Below, one piece after another: positions 37,825 to 47,137 of a stretch of DNA of 64,000 nucleotides. Both the position numbers and the translations under genes were made by a program. The notes beneath the pieces were generated by a model. That model ran no database searches. It saw only the letters and a list, made by a program, of their open reading frames with translations, and was not told the origin of the DNA. How positions within the stretch are numbered: the stretch's first letter is position 1; every line of letters begins with the position of its first letter. The stretch is from Candidatus Latescibacterota bacterium (lineage in GTDB: Bacteria; Latescibacterota; UBA2968; GCA-2709665), in NCBI GenBank assembly GCA_965248435.1, contig OZ252100.1, positions 448,001 to 512,000 on the forward strand. The letters run 5' to 3'.

Positions 37825-38961
37825 ATGGCAGGAACCCTGAATGTTGTAAGTCTCACACGCGAGTTCGTATCACACAACTCATCCAGCCTCCTGAGCAACG
37901 CCCCGGTCTCGAAAGCCATCGCAACCTGGATGAAAAAGGCAGGGCTGACGGTGGAGCGCCTGACCTATCGCGATCAAAACGGTGTAGCCAAGGTCAGTCT
38001 GGTTGGAAAGAAGGGAAGCGGTACGGGCGGGCTTGCACTCCTGGCGCACTCGGACGTCGTACCTGCGGAAGGATGGAATTCCGACCCGTTCAAGCTCGTC
38101 AAAAAGAACGGTCGACTTTATGGCAGGGGCTCGGCGGACATGAAGGGCTCCATCGCTTGCATGCTGACGGCAGTAGCGAATCTGTCCACCAAAGACCTAA
38201 AACGCCCCGCCTACGTCATCACGACTGCAGACGAGGAAATCACCTGCGGCGGCGCGCTCGACGTGATGAAGCGCTCCAAGACCTTTCGTTCCTCCAGAAT
38301 CCGCTATGGCGTCATCGGCGAGCCGACACTCCTCGATGTGGTGCGCGCCCACAAAGGGATGTGTCGCATCTACGCGACCACTTCTGGGCGAGCCGCGCAC
38401 AGCTCCACCGGCCGCGGCATCAACGCCAATCACAAGCTGATCCCGTTCCTGAGCGATATGGTGGGCTTGATCGATGAAGTGAAGAAGGATCCGGAATACC
38501 GGGACACGGCGTTCGACCCTCCCGACGGAACGGGGAACATCGTATTTAGCGACGGGAACTCGGCCGCCAACATTACCGCCCCGCAGAGCAGGGCGATCAT
38601 CTCCTGGCGGCGCATGCCGGGCCAGGATTGGAACCCGGTTCTGGATCGTGTGAAGCAGCTCGGAAAGACCCACGGAGTCAAGCTCAAGATCTCCGCGAGT
38701 CTCGGTCCACTCTCTACGCCACCAGATTCGCGGATCATCAAGGAAGCGCTCCGGATCACTCGCAAGCGCTCCCCAAAAACGGTCTCATACGGAACAGATG
38801 GAATGGCCTTCGCAAAGAAGATGGAGCTGGTCGTCATGGGTCCGGGAGATATCCAACAGGCACACACCACCGATGAGTGGATAGAGGAAGATCAGCTCCA
38901 CAAGGGTGTGAACGTTTTCGAGCGAATGGTTCGCAGATTTTGTGTCGAGGACCCTGAGTAG
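37825..38961 (+). CDS. argE: M20 metallopeptidase, acetylornithine deacetylase-like
   Basis: LAHSDVVP, LYGRGSADMKG, TADEE, IGEPT, GRAAHSS, GPGDIQQAHTTDE. Confidence 0.8.
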   Translation: MAGTLNVVSLTREFVSHNSSSLLSNAPVSKAIATWMKKAGLTVERLTYRDQNGVAKVSLVGKKGSGTGGLALLAHSDVVPAEGWNSDPFKLVKKNGRLYGRGSADMKGSIACMLTAVANLSTKDLKRPAYVITTADEEITCGGALDVMKRSKTFRSSRIRYGVIGEPTLLDVVRAHKGMCRIYATTSGRAAHSSTGRGINANHKLIPFLSDMVGLIDEVKKDPEYRDTAFDPPDGTGNIVFSDGNSAANITAPQSRAIISWRRMPGQDWNPVLDRVKQLGKTHGVKLKISASLGPLSTPPDSRIIKEALRITRKRSPKTVSYGTDGMAFAKKMELVVMGPGDIQQAHTTDEWIEEDQLHKGVNVFERMVRRFCVEDPE

Positions 38962-38992
38962 AGGCTTCTAACACTCTGACGGAGAAAACGAA

Positions 38993-39529
38993 ATGCTTGG
39001 AGTTGTGTTGCGCATAGCACTGTTTGTGCAGGTAGCCATCGTCCTGGTGGCCTGCGGGGACGCCGCAAAGCCTCAGGATGGGATCAGGGGAAGGTGGGTG
39101 CTGAAGAGCCGGATCCTTCCCGGCGGGCAGAAAATAGGTCCGCCTCTGGTCTACGGTATACGTGAATGGTACCCGCTGGATAAAGAGCGGGCATACGTTA
39201 CGATGGCCTTCTCGATGGGCAAGGAAGATCTGAAGCTCTCGGGGTCGATCATCACGCTGGACGGAGTGGGCCTCGATGCGAAATCCTTTACTGAGGAGAG
39301 TCATCTCAGAATGGGTGACCGCCCCGGCATCGAGTCCACACGAACGACATCAGAAGGACAGATCTCCGTAGTGGATTCGACAAAGACCTTTGCCTTTTCG
39401 GACGGCAGCATTCAAATGTATGGGACCGAAAAGGAAGGTGAAGACCCCCTCATGACCGTCACGCACAAGGACGGCACGGTAGATCTCTGGAAAAGGCAGG
39501 AGGATTTGCCAGGTCTGCTGCCGGAATAG
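38993..39529 (+). CDS. Hypothetical lipoprotein
   Basis: Hydrophobic leader ending in lipobox LVAC; beta-rich mature region. Confidence 0.7.
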   Translation: MLGVVLRIALFVQVAIVLVACGDAAKPQDGIRGRWVLKSRILPGGQKIGPPLVYGIREWYPLDKERAYVTMAFSMGKEDLKLSGSIITLDGVGLDAKSFTEESHLRMGDRPGIESTRTTSEGQISVVDSTKTFAFSDGSIQMYGTEKEGEDPLMTVTHKDGTVDLWKRQEDLPGLLPE

Positions 39530-39575
39530 ACGGACCTCACATCGAAACTATTGTCCTTCCCTCCCGTGCTTCCAA

Positions 39576-40109
39576 TTAGAATGCCGGGCGGGCGGCCTCG
39601 GGACAGAGATCGTAAGCCTCATCATCCGGCGCGATGAACAGGCCGCTGCAGTCTCCGCACCTCCCCATTCTGTGGGTGTACTTCCCGACCAGAAAGCGAA
39701 CCAGGCTTGCGTAGATCCCCGATACGCCCTCAGGGTCGCCCTGAATAAACGGCTTTACCTCCGCCTTCTGTGAAGGATCGTCCCGGTCGGCCTCGGGAGA
39801 ATAGACGGGGTTGGGAACCAGCATGAACTTCAGGTCTTTCAACGCCTCGTTGATCTCGCGGGCGATTCTCTCCAGCTCTATCTGCCGCTCTTCCTCCGCC
39901 TCCCCGTGCGCATCGAAGTAGCGATTCAACAGCGAAACGATGTGGTCCGCAGCCTCCAGGAAATCTATCTTTCCATCAGATTCCCAAAACGGCCTCATGT
40001 TGACGAATACGATCCAGCGCGCCTCTTCCCCATCCAGGAAGGAGGTCACCGGGGCGTGGATCAGCACGTCATGTGATTTTCCGCACGAGATCGTCTTATC
40101 GAAATGCAC
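39576..40109 (-). CDS. Hypothetical protein with C-terminal Cys motif (RMGRCGDC...C)
   Basis: GGGGAAG RBS-like sequence; supported by paralogy with 8368-8869. Confidence 0.75.
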   Translation of the reverse strand: MHFDKTISCGKSHDVLIHAPVTSFLDGEEARWIVFVNMRPFWESDGKIDFLEAADHIVSLLNRYFDAHGEAEEERQIELERIAREINEALKDLKFMLVPNPVYSPEADRDDPSQKAEVKPFIQGDPEGVSGIYASLVRFLVGKYTHRMGRCGDCSGLFIAPDDEAYDLCPEAARPAF

Positions 40110-40201
40110 TGCAACTTCCCCCTCGTTTCATTTGACAAGACTAAGATAACGCTCCCAACAAGACCAAACAACCGCTTTTGCAGCCAACAAGATAGGTCGC
40201 A

Positions 40202-40230
40202 TTGATTTGCCGCCTAGGGTTCGCTATATT
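40202..40230 (+). promoter_or_regulatory. Putative sigma70 promoter
   Basis: TTGATT-17 nt-TATATT upstream of the acyl-CoA ligase. Confidence 0.5.
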
Positions 40231-40291
40231 AGTTCAATTTTGAGGTTGCAAGATCAAGCTCGCGACTCATCACCCCCTATATGAGGCATCT

Positions 40292-41820
40292 GTGACCGTC
40301 GGTGATCTTCTGGAATCTTCTGCGGCTCGCCACCCAGACAAAGAGGCACTTGTCTTCGAATCCTCGAGGCTCACCTACGGTCAGCTCCTCGAGCGTGTGG
40401 ATCGGCTCGCCTCTGGGCTGCTCGAACTCGGGCTGGAGAAAGGCGACCGTGTCGGAATATTCCTCTACAACTGCTGCCAGGCCTACGAATCCCTGCTGGC
40501 CACAGCCCGCGCAGGCCTCGTTTTCGTACCGCTCAACTACATGCTCAACGGCCCGGAACTGGCCAGCATCATGTCCCACGCAGGGGTAAAGGTCTTAATC
40601 GTAGAATCAGAACTCTTTCCCGTCGTCGAGCCCGTCTGTCCGATGTCTCCACACTTGAACACACCATCGGCGTTGACTGCGACTCGGATACACTGATCGA
40701 CTACGATTACCTTCTTGGCAAAGAAGCGAAGTTGCGAGACGAACTGCGGGCAAACGAAGCAGACCTTTTCGGATTGATGTATACCAGCGGGACGACCGGA
40801 CTTCCCAAGGGTGTTATGTTGACACACGGCAATGTCGTGACGCACGCGCAAAACATGGTGAGGGACTACGAAATTCGTGAGTTTAGCAAGGTCTTCATCA
40901 TCCTCCCCTACTTTGTAGGCGCCTCGCTCAACGGCATCGGGCTGCCCTGCCTTTCCCAGGGTGGGACCGTCGTGATTCAAAGGAGGTTCACTCCAGAGGA
41001 GTTTCTACAGACGATCCAGGGAGAGCGAATCACCCACGTTCAGGTCGTTCCCACACTCCTGGTTCGACTCCTTCAGTCGGATGTTGTAGGGAAGTTCGAC
41101 ATCAGCAGTCTTGAAGTCTTCGGCTATGGATCTGCTCCGATGCCGGTAGACCGCCTGAAACAGGCGCTGCGCACCTTTGGTCCGATCTTCTCTCAGATGT
41201 ATGGGCTGACGGAGACCTGCGCCATGTCGACGTGCCTAGCCCGGGAAGATCACGTCCTCGAAGGACCGGAAGCGGAGCGACTGAAATCGTGCGGTAGACC
41301 CGTGGGCGGTGTTGATGTCCGCATTGTAGACGAGACTGGCTCCGAGCGACCCGACGGCGAGGTCGGCGAGCTGGTGATCCGGGGTCCGACGGTTATGCGG
41401 GGGTATTGGGACAGCCCGGACTTGACCTCGCAGGCCGTGGATGACGGATGGTTTCGCTCCGGAGACCTTGCATACCGTGACACCGACGGTTACATCTTCC
41501 TGAACGATCGAAAGAAGGACCTGATCATCACCGGAGGGTTCAACGTCTTTCCTAAGGAGATAGAGGAAGTCCTCTACACCCATCCCGCAGTATTCGAATG
41601 CGCGGTGGTCGGCAAGCCCGATCAGGAATGGGGAGAGACGGTTGCGGCCTTTGTCTCGCTCAGGAAGGGCAGCAAATCGACTGAGGATGAGCTCATGCAA
41701 TTCTGCAGGGAGAGGCTCTCGCGGTTCAAACGTCCCAAGTCCGTGTCTTTTGTGGATGAGATCCCACGCAACCCGTCCGGTAAGGTCATGAAACGCCTGC
41801 TGAGGGAAGAGGATTCCTAG
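40292..41820 (+). pseudogene. Acyl-CoA synthetase (AMP-forming), frameshifted near 40636
   Basis: N-half LTYGQLLERVDRLASGL..GLEKGDRV; C-half MYTSGTTGLPKG, YGLTE, SGDL, DRKKDLII, PRNPSGK. One extra C (gtc[c]tgtcc) restores a single ORF, so possibly a sequencing error. Confidence 0.85.
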
Positions 41821-41858
41821 ATTTTCTTGAACTTTGACATGCCGACGCCAAAGAAACC

Positions 41859-42889
41859 ATGAAATCAGCCCCCGTTTGCTCTGTTGCATTCCTTGCTTCG
41901 GGATTTCTGTGGGTGGTTGGACCTGCGTGCGAACGTCTACCCACACAGCCCATCGAACCCCGCCGTCTTCCCGTTCAGGGAATCACGCTGGTGGATTGGA
42001 CCGCGAACGGCTATAGCAGGAGGTCGTCCGACCGGGCGATCGAGGCCATCGCGAGCGTCGGCGCAACCCATCTCGCGATTATTGTCACCGCCTATCAACC
42101 GGACATCAGGTCGAATGAGGTCACCGCGGACAGCAGGCGAACCCCCGTCCCATCGGCTGTGGGTCAGGCGCTCGCAAAGGCGCAGTCACTCGGATTGGAT
42201 GTGGCAATCAAGCCTCATATCGACCTGGAAGACGGGAGCTGGCGGGGTCACATCTCACCTTCTGATCCGACGGTCTGGTTCGAGTCCTACACCCGCTTTC
42301 TGCTTTCCTGGGCGAGGATGGCCGAGTCTGTGGGAAGTCGCCGGTTTTTCGTCGGAGCGGAGCTGGCCTCAACACTGCACCACGCGACGTTGTGGCGACG
42401 GACGATCTCGCAGGTCAAATCTGAATTCTCTGGTGAGCTTGTCTACGCGGCCTCGTGGGACGAGGCCTTCAACGTCCCGTTCTGGGAAGACCTGGACGCG
42501 GTCGGAGTAGACTTCTACTTTCCAGTCACGAACCGAAAGGACCCCGGTCGCCTGGAAATCCTTGCGAATTGGCAGCCCTGGATCGACCGGCTCGGTGCGC
42601 TGCACAAGCGCACTGGACAAAACATCATCCTGACAGAGATCGGCTACCGAAGTGTCGACGGAGCGGGCATGCACCCATATGCATTCGACACCACCAGCAG
42701 GCTGGACCTGACTGAACAGGCTGACCTCTACTGGGCCGCCCTGGAGGCAACCGCTGATGTTCCGTGGCTCTGGGCATGTACTGGTGGAACTGGCCCTCGA
42801 ACGGGTCGGGAGGCCTCGACGACACCGACTTCACTCCCGCGGGGAAACCGGCCCAGGTGGAACTAACCAGGAGCTGGAGTGGCCCTTGA
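41859..42889 (+). CDS. Glycoside hydrolase family 113-like TIM-barrel lipoprotein; frameshift near 42770 close to the C-terminus
   Basis: KPHID, WRGHI, WFESY, VGAEL, YAASWD, GVDFYFP, LTEIGY; expected tail GMYWWNW...DFTPAGKPA...* lies in the shifted frame and ends at 42889. Confidence 0.8.
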
Positions 42890-43431
42890 AGAGACTTCTG
42901 CGGGCCCTCATTCTACTTGCATTTTCTCTACACTTCTGGGCACCCTCCCCATCAGCTAAAAACGATCCCTCAATCCCGTACATCCGAGCGGGGGCCATCG
43001 AACTCGGTCTTTCGGGTTCCCTTACAACCGTGGAAGGCCTATCGCGCGGCCTCGCTTCGGTACGAGGTGGAACGTTCCTGAGTGCGATAAACGGCCTTGT
43101 GGGCTTCGAAGCGGAGCTGTCTTATTCACACGTTCAATCTCTAGACAGGGTAGACGTGCTGGGCCACCTGTCGTGGCAGCGTGCTGTTGGAAGGAGCTCG
43201 GTTTATCCCTACGTCGCAATCGGAGGCGGGATCCGAAAGGAATGGATCGGGAGCTTCCGACAGGTGAGGGTTCCGCTGGGGTTCAGCCTTGGGCTACGGG
43301 CGCTACTCAGCCAGCGCGTGGCCTTTCGAACCGAGTACCGGTTTTTGCGGGTGATGAGTGATCCCATTTCCAATTTCTCAGAGCACCAGCTGACCATCGG
43401 ACTGTCTATCTTTTTCAGGAATTCGACGTAA
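42886..43431 (+). CDS. Outer-membrane beta-barrel protein (OmpA-like 8-strand)
   Basis: TTG start MKRLLRALILLAFSL signal peptide; YPYVAIGGG, AFRTEYRF, C-terminal LTIGLSIFF. Confidence 0.75.
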   Translation: MKRLLRALILLAFSLHFWAPSPSAKNDPSIPYIRAGAIELGLSGSLTTVEGLSRGLASVRGGTFLSAINGLVGFEAELSYSHVQSLDRVDVLGHLSWQRAVGRSSVYPYVAIGGGIRKEWIGSFRQVRVPLGFSLGLRALLSQRVAFRTEYRFLRVMSDPISNFSEHQLTIGLSIFFRNST

Positions 43432-43444
43432 ACTGGATCCGGGA

Positions 43445-44989
43445 ATGAAAGAGATGCTTCTTGGAAACATCCTGCGCCGGAACGCAAGTGCCGCCGGCCT
43501 GCGAGACAAGACCGCCCTCATCTTTGGCGAGGAGGTTCTCACCTACAGCGAGTTGAACGACCGGGTCAACCGACTGGCGAACGGCCTGATCGATCTGGGC
43601 GTGAAACGTGGTAACCGTGTTGCTGTCCTGGGTAGAAACTCAAACACGTATGTCATGATCTACTTCGCGCTCGCCAAGATTGGTGCGATCATGGTCCCGG
43701 TCAACTTCTGGTACCGCAGCAAGGAGATAGAATACACGCTCCGGCACTCGCAGAGTTCTGTACTGATTCTGGACGGTCGGTTTGCAGACGCAGTAAAGCC
43801 TGCCCTGGAGGGACATCCACTCAAGGAGATGCTTTACTATGGCCAGCATCCCGCGGGCAGACATACTGCGCTTGAGGACATCATTGATGCTTCGCCGCCC
43901 CATGAGCCGAATGTCGAAGTGGCAGAAGATGATCCACACATCATCCTCTACACGAGCGGGACGACAGGCTTCCCGAAGGGCGCCACATTATCTCACAAGA
44001 GTCATTTCCTGCACGCCATGTCGATTGCGAAGTCGACTGGGGGTCATCCGGAGGACGTCGGCGTCATCCTCTACCCCCTCTTTCACACAGGTGGTCCCGA
44101 TTGTGTCTTGCTCCCCCACTTCCTCCTCGGCGCCACGGGGGTCGTCCTGGACGGAGCAGAGCCTGAGGTCATTCTTTCGGCCACGGAGCGGCATCACGTC
44201 ACCAACATCTTTTGTGTACCGACCGTCTGGCGCTGGATACTGACTAAGCTCAGGGAGAAGAACTTCGATGTGGGCTCCGTCAGGCGCTGCCTCGCATCCT
44301 CCGATACGCTTTCGCCGGAAATCCTGAAGGAAATGCTGCAGAAGTTCGACGCCGACGTTTACAATACTTATGGTCTGACGGAGGCCGGATGCGTTCTCAC
44401 CGTCTGCCGACTGTCTCGTGAGGATCGGAGCAAACTCGGATCAGTCGGTCGACCCATGGCGTCCGTGCAGCTTCGTCTGGTAGATGAGGAAGGCCGACCG
44501 GTCAAACAAGGTGAAGTCGGGGAAGTGGTGGCGCGAACGCCTTCTGTGATGAAACACTACTGGAACATGCCGGAGGAAACAGCGCACGCTACGCGCGATG
44601 GCTGGCTTCACAGCGGAGACCTGGGAAGGTTGGATGAGGACGGGTACCTTTTCATATCCGGGCGGGCCAAAGATATGATCATCAGCGCGGGCGAGAATAT
44701 CTATCCGATTGAAATAGAGCGTCTTCTGAAGGAAAACCACAAGATTCGGGATGTGGCCATCATCGGCATCCCGGATCCGGAGTGGGGAGAGTCGGTCGTC
44801 GCGGTGATCGTGCCGTCAGACGGTGCAGACATCTCTCAAGAGGAAGTGATCGAATACGTAGGGTCCCGAGTCGCTGGATACAAAAGACCTAAGCACGTGG
44901 AGATCGTGGACGAGCTGCCCGTCACGACCGCCACAGGTAAGGTGAAGAAGAACGAACTCAGGGAGATCTACGCGAAGAAGTACGGATGA
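43445..44989 (+). CDS. Acyl-CoA synthetase (AMP-forming)
   Basis: LYTSGTTGFPKG, YGLTEAG, HSGDLG, GRAKDMIISAGENIYP, TGKVKK. Confidence 0.92.
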   Translation: MKEMLLGNILRRNASAAGLRDKTALIFGEEVLTYSELNDRVNRLANGLIDLGVKRGNRVAVLGRNSNTYVMIYFALAKIGAIMVPVNFWYRSKEIEYTLRHSQSSVLILDGRFADAVKPALEGHPLKEMLYYGQHPAGRHTALEDIIDASPPHEPNVEVAEDDPHIILYTSGTTGFPKGATLSHKSHFLHAMSIAKSTGGHPEDVGVILYPLFHTGGPDCVLLPHFLLGATGVVLDGAEPEVILSATERHHVTNIFCVPTVWRWILTKLREKNFDVGSVRRCLASSDTLSPEILKEMLQKFDADVYNTYGLTEAGCVLTVCRLSREDRSKLGSVGRPMASVQLRLVDEEGRPVKQGEVGEVVARTPSVMKHYWNMPEETAHATRDGWLHSGDLGRLDEDGYLFISGRAKDMIISAGENIYPIEIERLLKENHKIRDVAIIGIPDPEWGESVVAVIVPSDGADISQEEVIEYVGSRVAGYKRPKHVEIVDELPVTTATGKVKKNELREIYAKKYG

Positions 44990-45002
44990 GGAGCAGAAGC
45001 GT

Positions 45003-45100
45003 GAGTGCTGGGGAAATGGAATATTGGAGCAATGGAAAACCAAAGGCCGGAATACTGGTTCTTCCCAATACTCCAACACTCCAGTACTGCACTACTCCAG
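45003..45100. repeat. Inverted octamer arrays (RNRWTGGA / CCARYACT) after the ligase stop
   Basis: gtgctggg gaaatgga atattgga gcaatgga ... ccaatact ccaacact ccagtact gcactact ccag. Confidence 0.75.
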
Positions 45101-45222
45101 AATCCCGCGGCGACAAGCTGCGGGTCGTTCCTGCGCTGTTGGTGACCCATTATTTGATATTTATGCTGCTATTGAGACGCGAAGGAAACACTGACTAGAG
45201 CCCTCACCCCGCCTTCGCCAGC

Positions 45223-45246
45223 GCGCACCCTAAAGGGTGCGACTAC
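45223..45246 (-). repeat. REP-like palindrome (GTAG family)
   Basis: Minus strand GTAGT-CGCACCCT-TT-AGGGTGCG: GTAG tetranucleotide followed by a perfect 8-bp stem. Confidence 0.6.
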
Positions 45247-45364
45247 GAGTCGCTGGCTTCACAAATTTCGCGAAAATGCTCTTTATATGAGGGACTTATG
45301 ACAGGGCAAGCGACAAAACCCACGATACCCGTTAGCCGTGTTTTGATTTCCCGGCACCCGGTCC

Positions 45365-46126
45365 TTACTCGTCCCCTTTCTTCTTGGAGAAGAATCTCTT
45401 GATATTCCTCTGTGCCTGGGATGACGACACGCACCTTCCAAGCCCCTCCGCCTCTATGGCCTGTGCCCTATCCCGATCCATGGCCTGGGAGGTAGCCTGC
45501 TTCGCGTATCTGATCGCAGTCGGATCCTTCTCCGCAAGACGTTTTGCTAATCCAACCACTTCACCCATCAAATCCTTCGTCGGCACGACGCGGTTGACGA
45601 GGCCGATCCGTTCCGCCTCGACGGCATCGATGCGTTCCGCAGAGAAAATCAGCTCCTTCGCGCGGGCGGACCCGATGAGGCGGGGCATGCGAAACGTCGC
45701 GCCCGCCGCGGGGATCCACCCCATGCCGACCTCGGGCTGGCCGAAGATGGCGTCCTCAGCTGCGATTCTGAGATCACACGCCATGGCCAGCTCACACCCT
45801 CCGCCGAGCGCATAGCCGTGGACCGCGGCGATGCTCGGCTGCGGCAGCGCCTCAAGCTTGTCGAGCGTACGATTCTCGAGCCAGGCGATCTCCTCTACTT
45901 CTCCTCGAGATGCACCGCGCAAATCAGCGATGTCCGTACCCGCACAGAATCCCCGTCCCCTGCCGCCAACGACGAGCACGCGCACATTTCTATTCTTCTC
46001 GATCCGATCGAGCAGTCTTGAAAGCGCCCGGTAGGTTTCTTGATTGATTGCGTTCAAGACATCCGGGCGGTTCAGGCGAAGGATCCCGACACGGTCCTTC
46101 ACCGAGAAGAGGATCGGCTTCGGCAT
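45365..46126 (-). CDS. Enoyl-CoA hydratase/isomerase family protein
   Basis: LNRPDVLNAI, FCAGTDI, AAVHGYALGGGCELAMACDLR, FGQPEV; TGATG coupling to the upstream gene. Confidence 0.92.
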   Translation of the reverse strand: MPKPILFSVKDRVGILRLNRPDVLNAINQETYRALSRLLDRIEKNRNVRVLVVGGRGRGFCAGTDIADLRGASRGEVEEIAWLENRTLDKLEALPQPSIAAVHGYALGGGCELAMACDLRIAAEDAIFGQPEVGMGWIPAAGATFRMPRLIGSARAKELIFSAERIDAVEAERIGLVNRVVPTKDLMGEVVGLAKRLAEKDPTAIRYAKQATSQAMDRDRAQAIEAEGLGRCVSSSQAQRNIKRFFSKKKGDE

Positions 46127-47034
46127 CAGCCGGCTTTCCCGATCTTGATGCCGCTCATGTGCTCCATCGCCTTGCAAACGGCCGAAAAATCCAGTTTGCC
46201 CGCGCCCAGCCTGCTGGCGATCGCGAACAACTGGTAGGCGGGTCCCCCGAGCGGCGCAGGCACGTTCAAGGCCTTTGCCAGATCCACGCCAATCCCCACA
46301 TCTTTCTTCATCAGATCGAGCATGAAACCCGGCTCGAAGAAGTCTTTCAAGATGAAATCCTTTCCGCGTTGCTGAAGGGCGAACGAGTTTGCCGTGCTGA
46401 CGCTGATGACATCGTGCATCACCTCGGGATCAGCCCCTGCCTGGATGCCGATCGTAAATGCCTCTACGATGGCGGAGATGTTGATCGCCGCCATGTACTG
46501 GTTGACGATCTTTACCGTCTGTCCGACGCCAATGGGGCCGACATTAAACAGGTTCTCTTCCTTGCCCATCGCCTTGAAGATGCCCTGGCACCGCTCGAAG
46601 TCAGCCTTGTCTCCACCCGCCATGATCGTGAGCGTGCCGGCGATCGCACCTGTTTCACCCCCACTGATAGGGGCATCCATCACGTGCACGCCCTTCAGCG
46701 CCACCGCCTCCGCGATTTCCCGGATCGTCAGCGGGGAGATCGTGCTCATGTCCACGATCAGATCGCCTTCGGAGGCCCCTTCCAGAACCCCGTTCTCTCC
46801 GAGGATGACTTCCCGGACCTCCGGGTCCGCGGTCACGCACGTGACGATGATATCGGTGGCCTCTGCGACTGCCTTCGATGATCCCACGGCCTTACCGCCT
46901 GCCTCCTCAGCCTCCTTGATCACTTCTGGACGTCTGGCATAGAAAGTCAGGTCAAATCCTGCCTTCAACAGGTTCTTGGCCATCGGCTTGCCCATGATGC
47001 CCAGTCCCACGAAACCGATTTTGTCCATCAACAT
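46126..47034 (-). CDS. NAD(P)-dependent beta-hydroxyacid dehydrogenase (3-hydroxyisobutyrate / tartronate semialdehyde reductase family)
   Basis: IGFVGLGIMGKPMA, DMSTISP, DAPISGG, GTLTIMAGG, KIVNQ, LMKKD. Confidence 0.92.
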   Translation of the reverse strand: MLMDKIGFVGLGIMGKPMAKNLLKAGFDLTFYARRPEVIKEAEEAGGKAVGSSKAVAEATDIIVTCVTADPEVREVILGENGVLEGASEGDLIVDMSTISPLTIREIAEAVALKGVHVMDAPISGGETGAIAGTLTIMAGGDKADFERCQGIFKAMGKEENLFNVGPIGVGQTVKIVNQYMAAINISAIVEAFTIGIQAGADPEVMHDVISVSTANSFALQQRGKDFILKDFFEPGFMLDLMKKDVGIGVDLAKALNVPAPLGGPAYQLFAIASRLGAGKLDFSAVCKAMEHMSGIKIGKAG

Positions 47035-47095
47035 TCTCCTTTCTGGTCAGCGATCAACACAGACGGCGAGCTGAATAACTTGATCCTCCCTTTTG

Positions 47096-47123
47096 GCGGT
47101 CAGTGGTCTGTAGTCTGCGGTCC
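47096..47123. repeat. Heptamer array, GYSGTCN family (copy 2; left arm degenerate)
   Basis: gcggtca gtggtct gtagtct gcggtcc. Confidence 0.65.
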
Positions 47124-47137
47124 AGCACAGCTTCTTC

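Noticed and set aside
40625-40645. Programmed ribosomal frameshift in the acyl-CoA ligase
   Set aside because: No slippery heptamer or stimulatory structure; a single-base loss explains it and similar lesions occur elsewhere.
44986-45198. 70-aa ORF after the second acyl-CoA ligase
   Set aside because: It is a translation of the octamer repeat element (MEYWSNG...NTPTLQY), not a credible protein.
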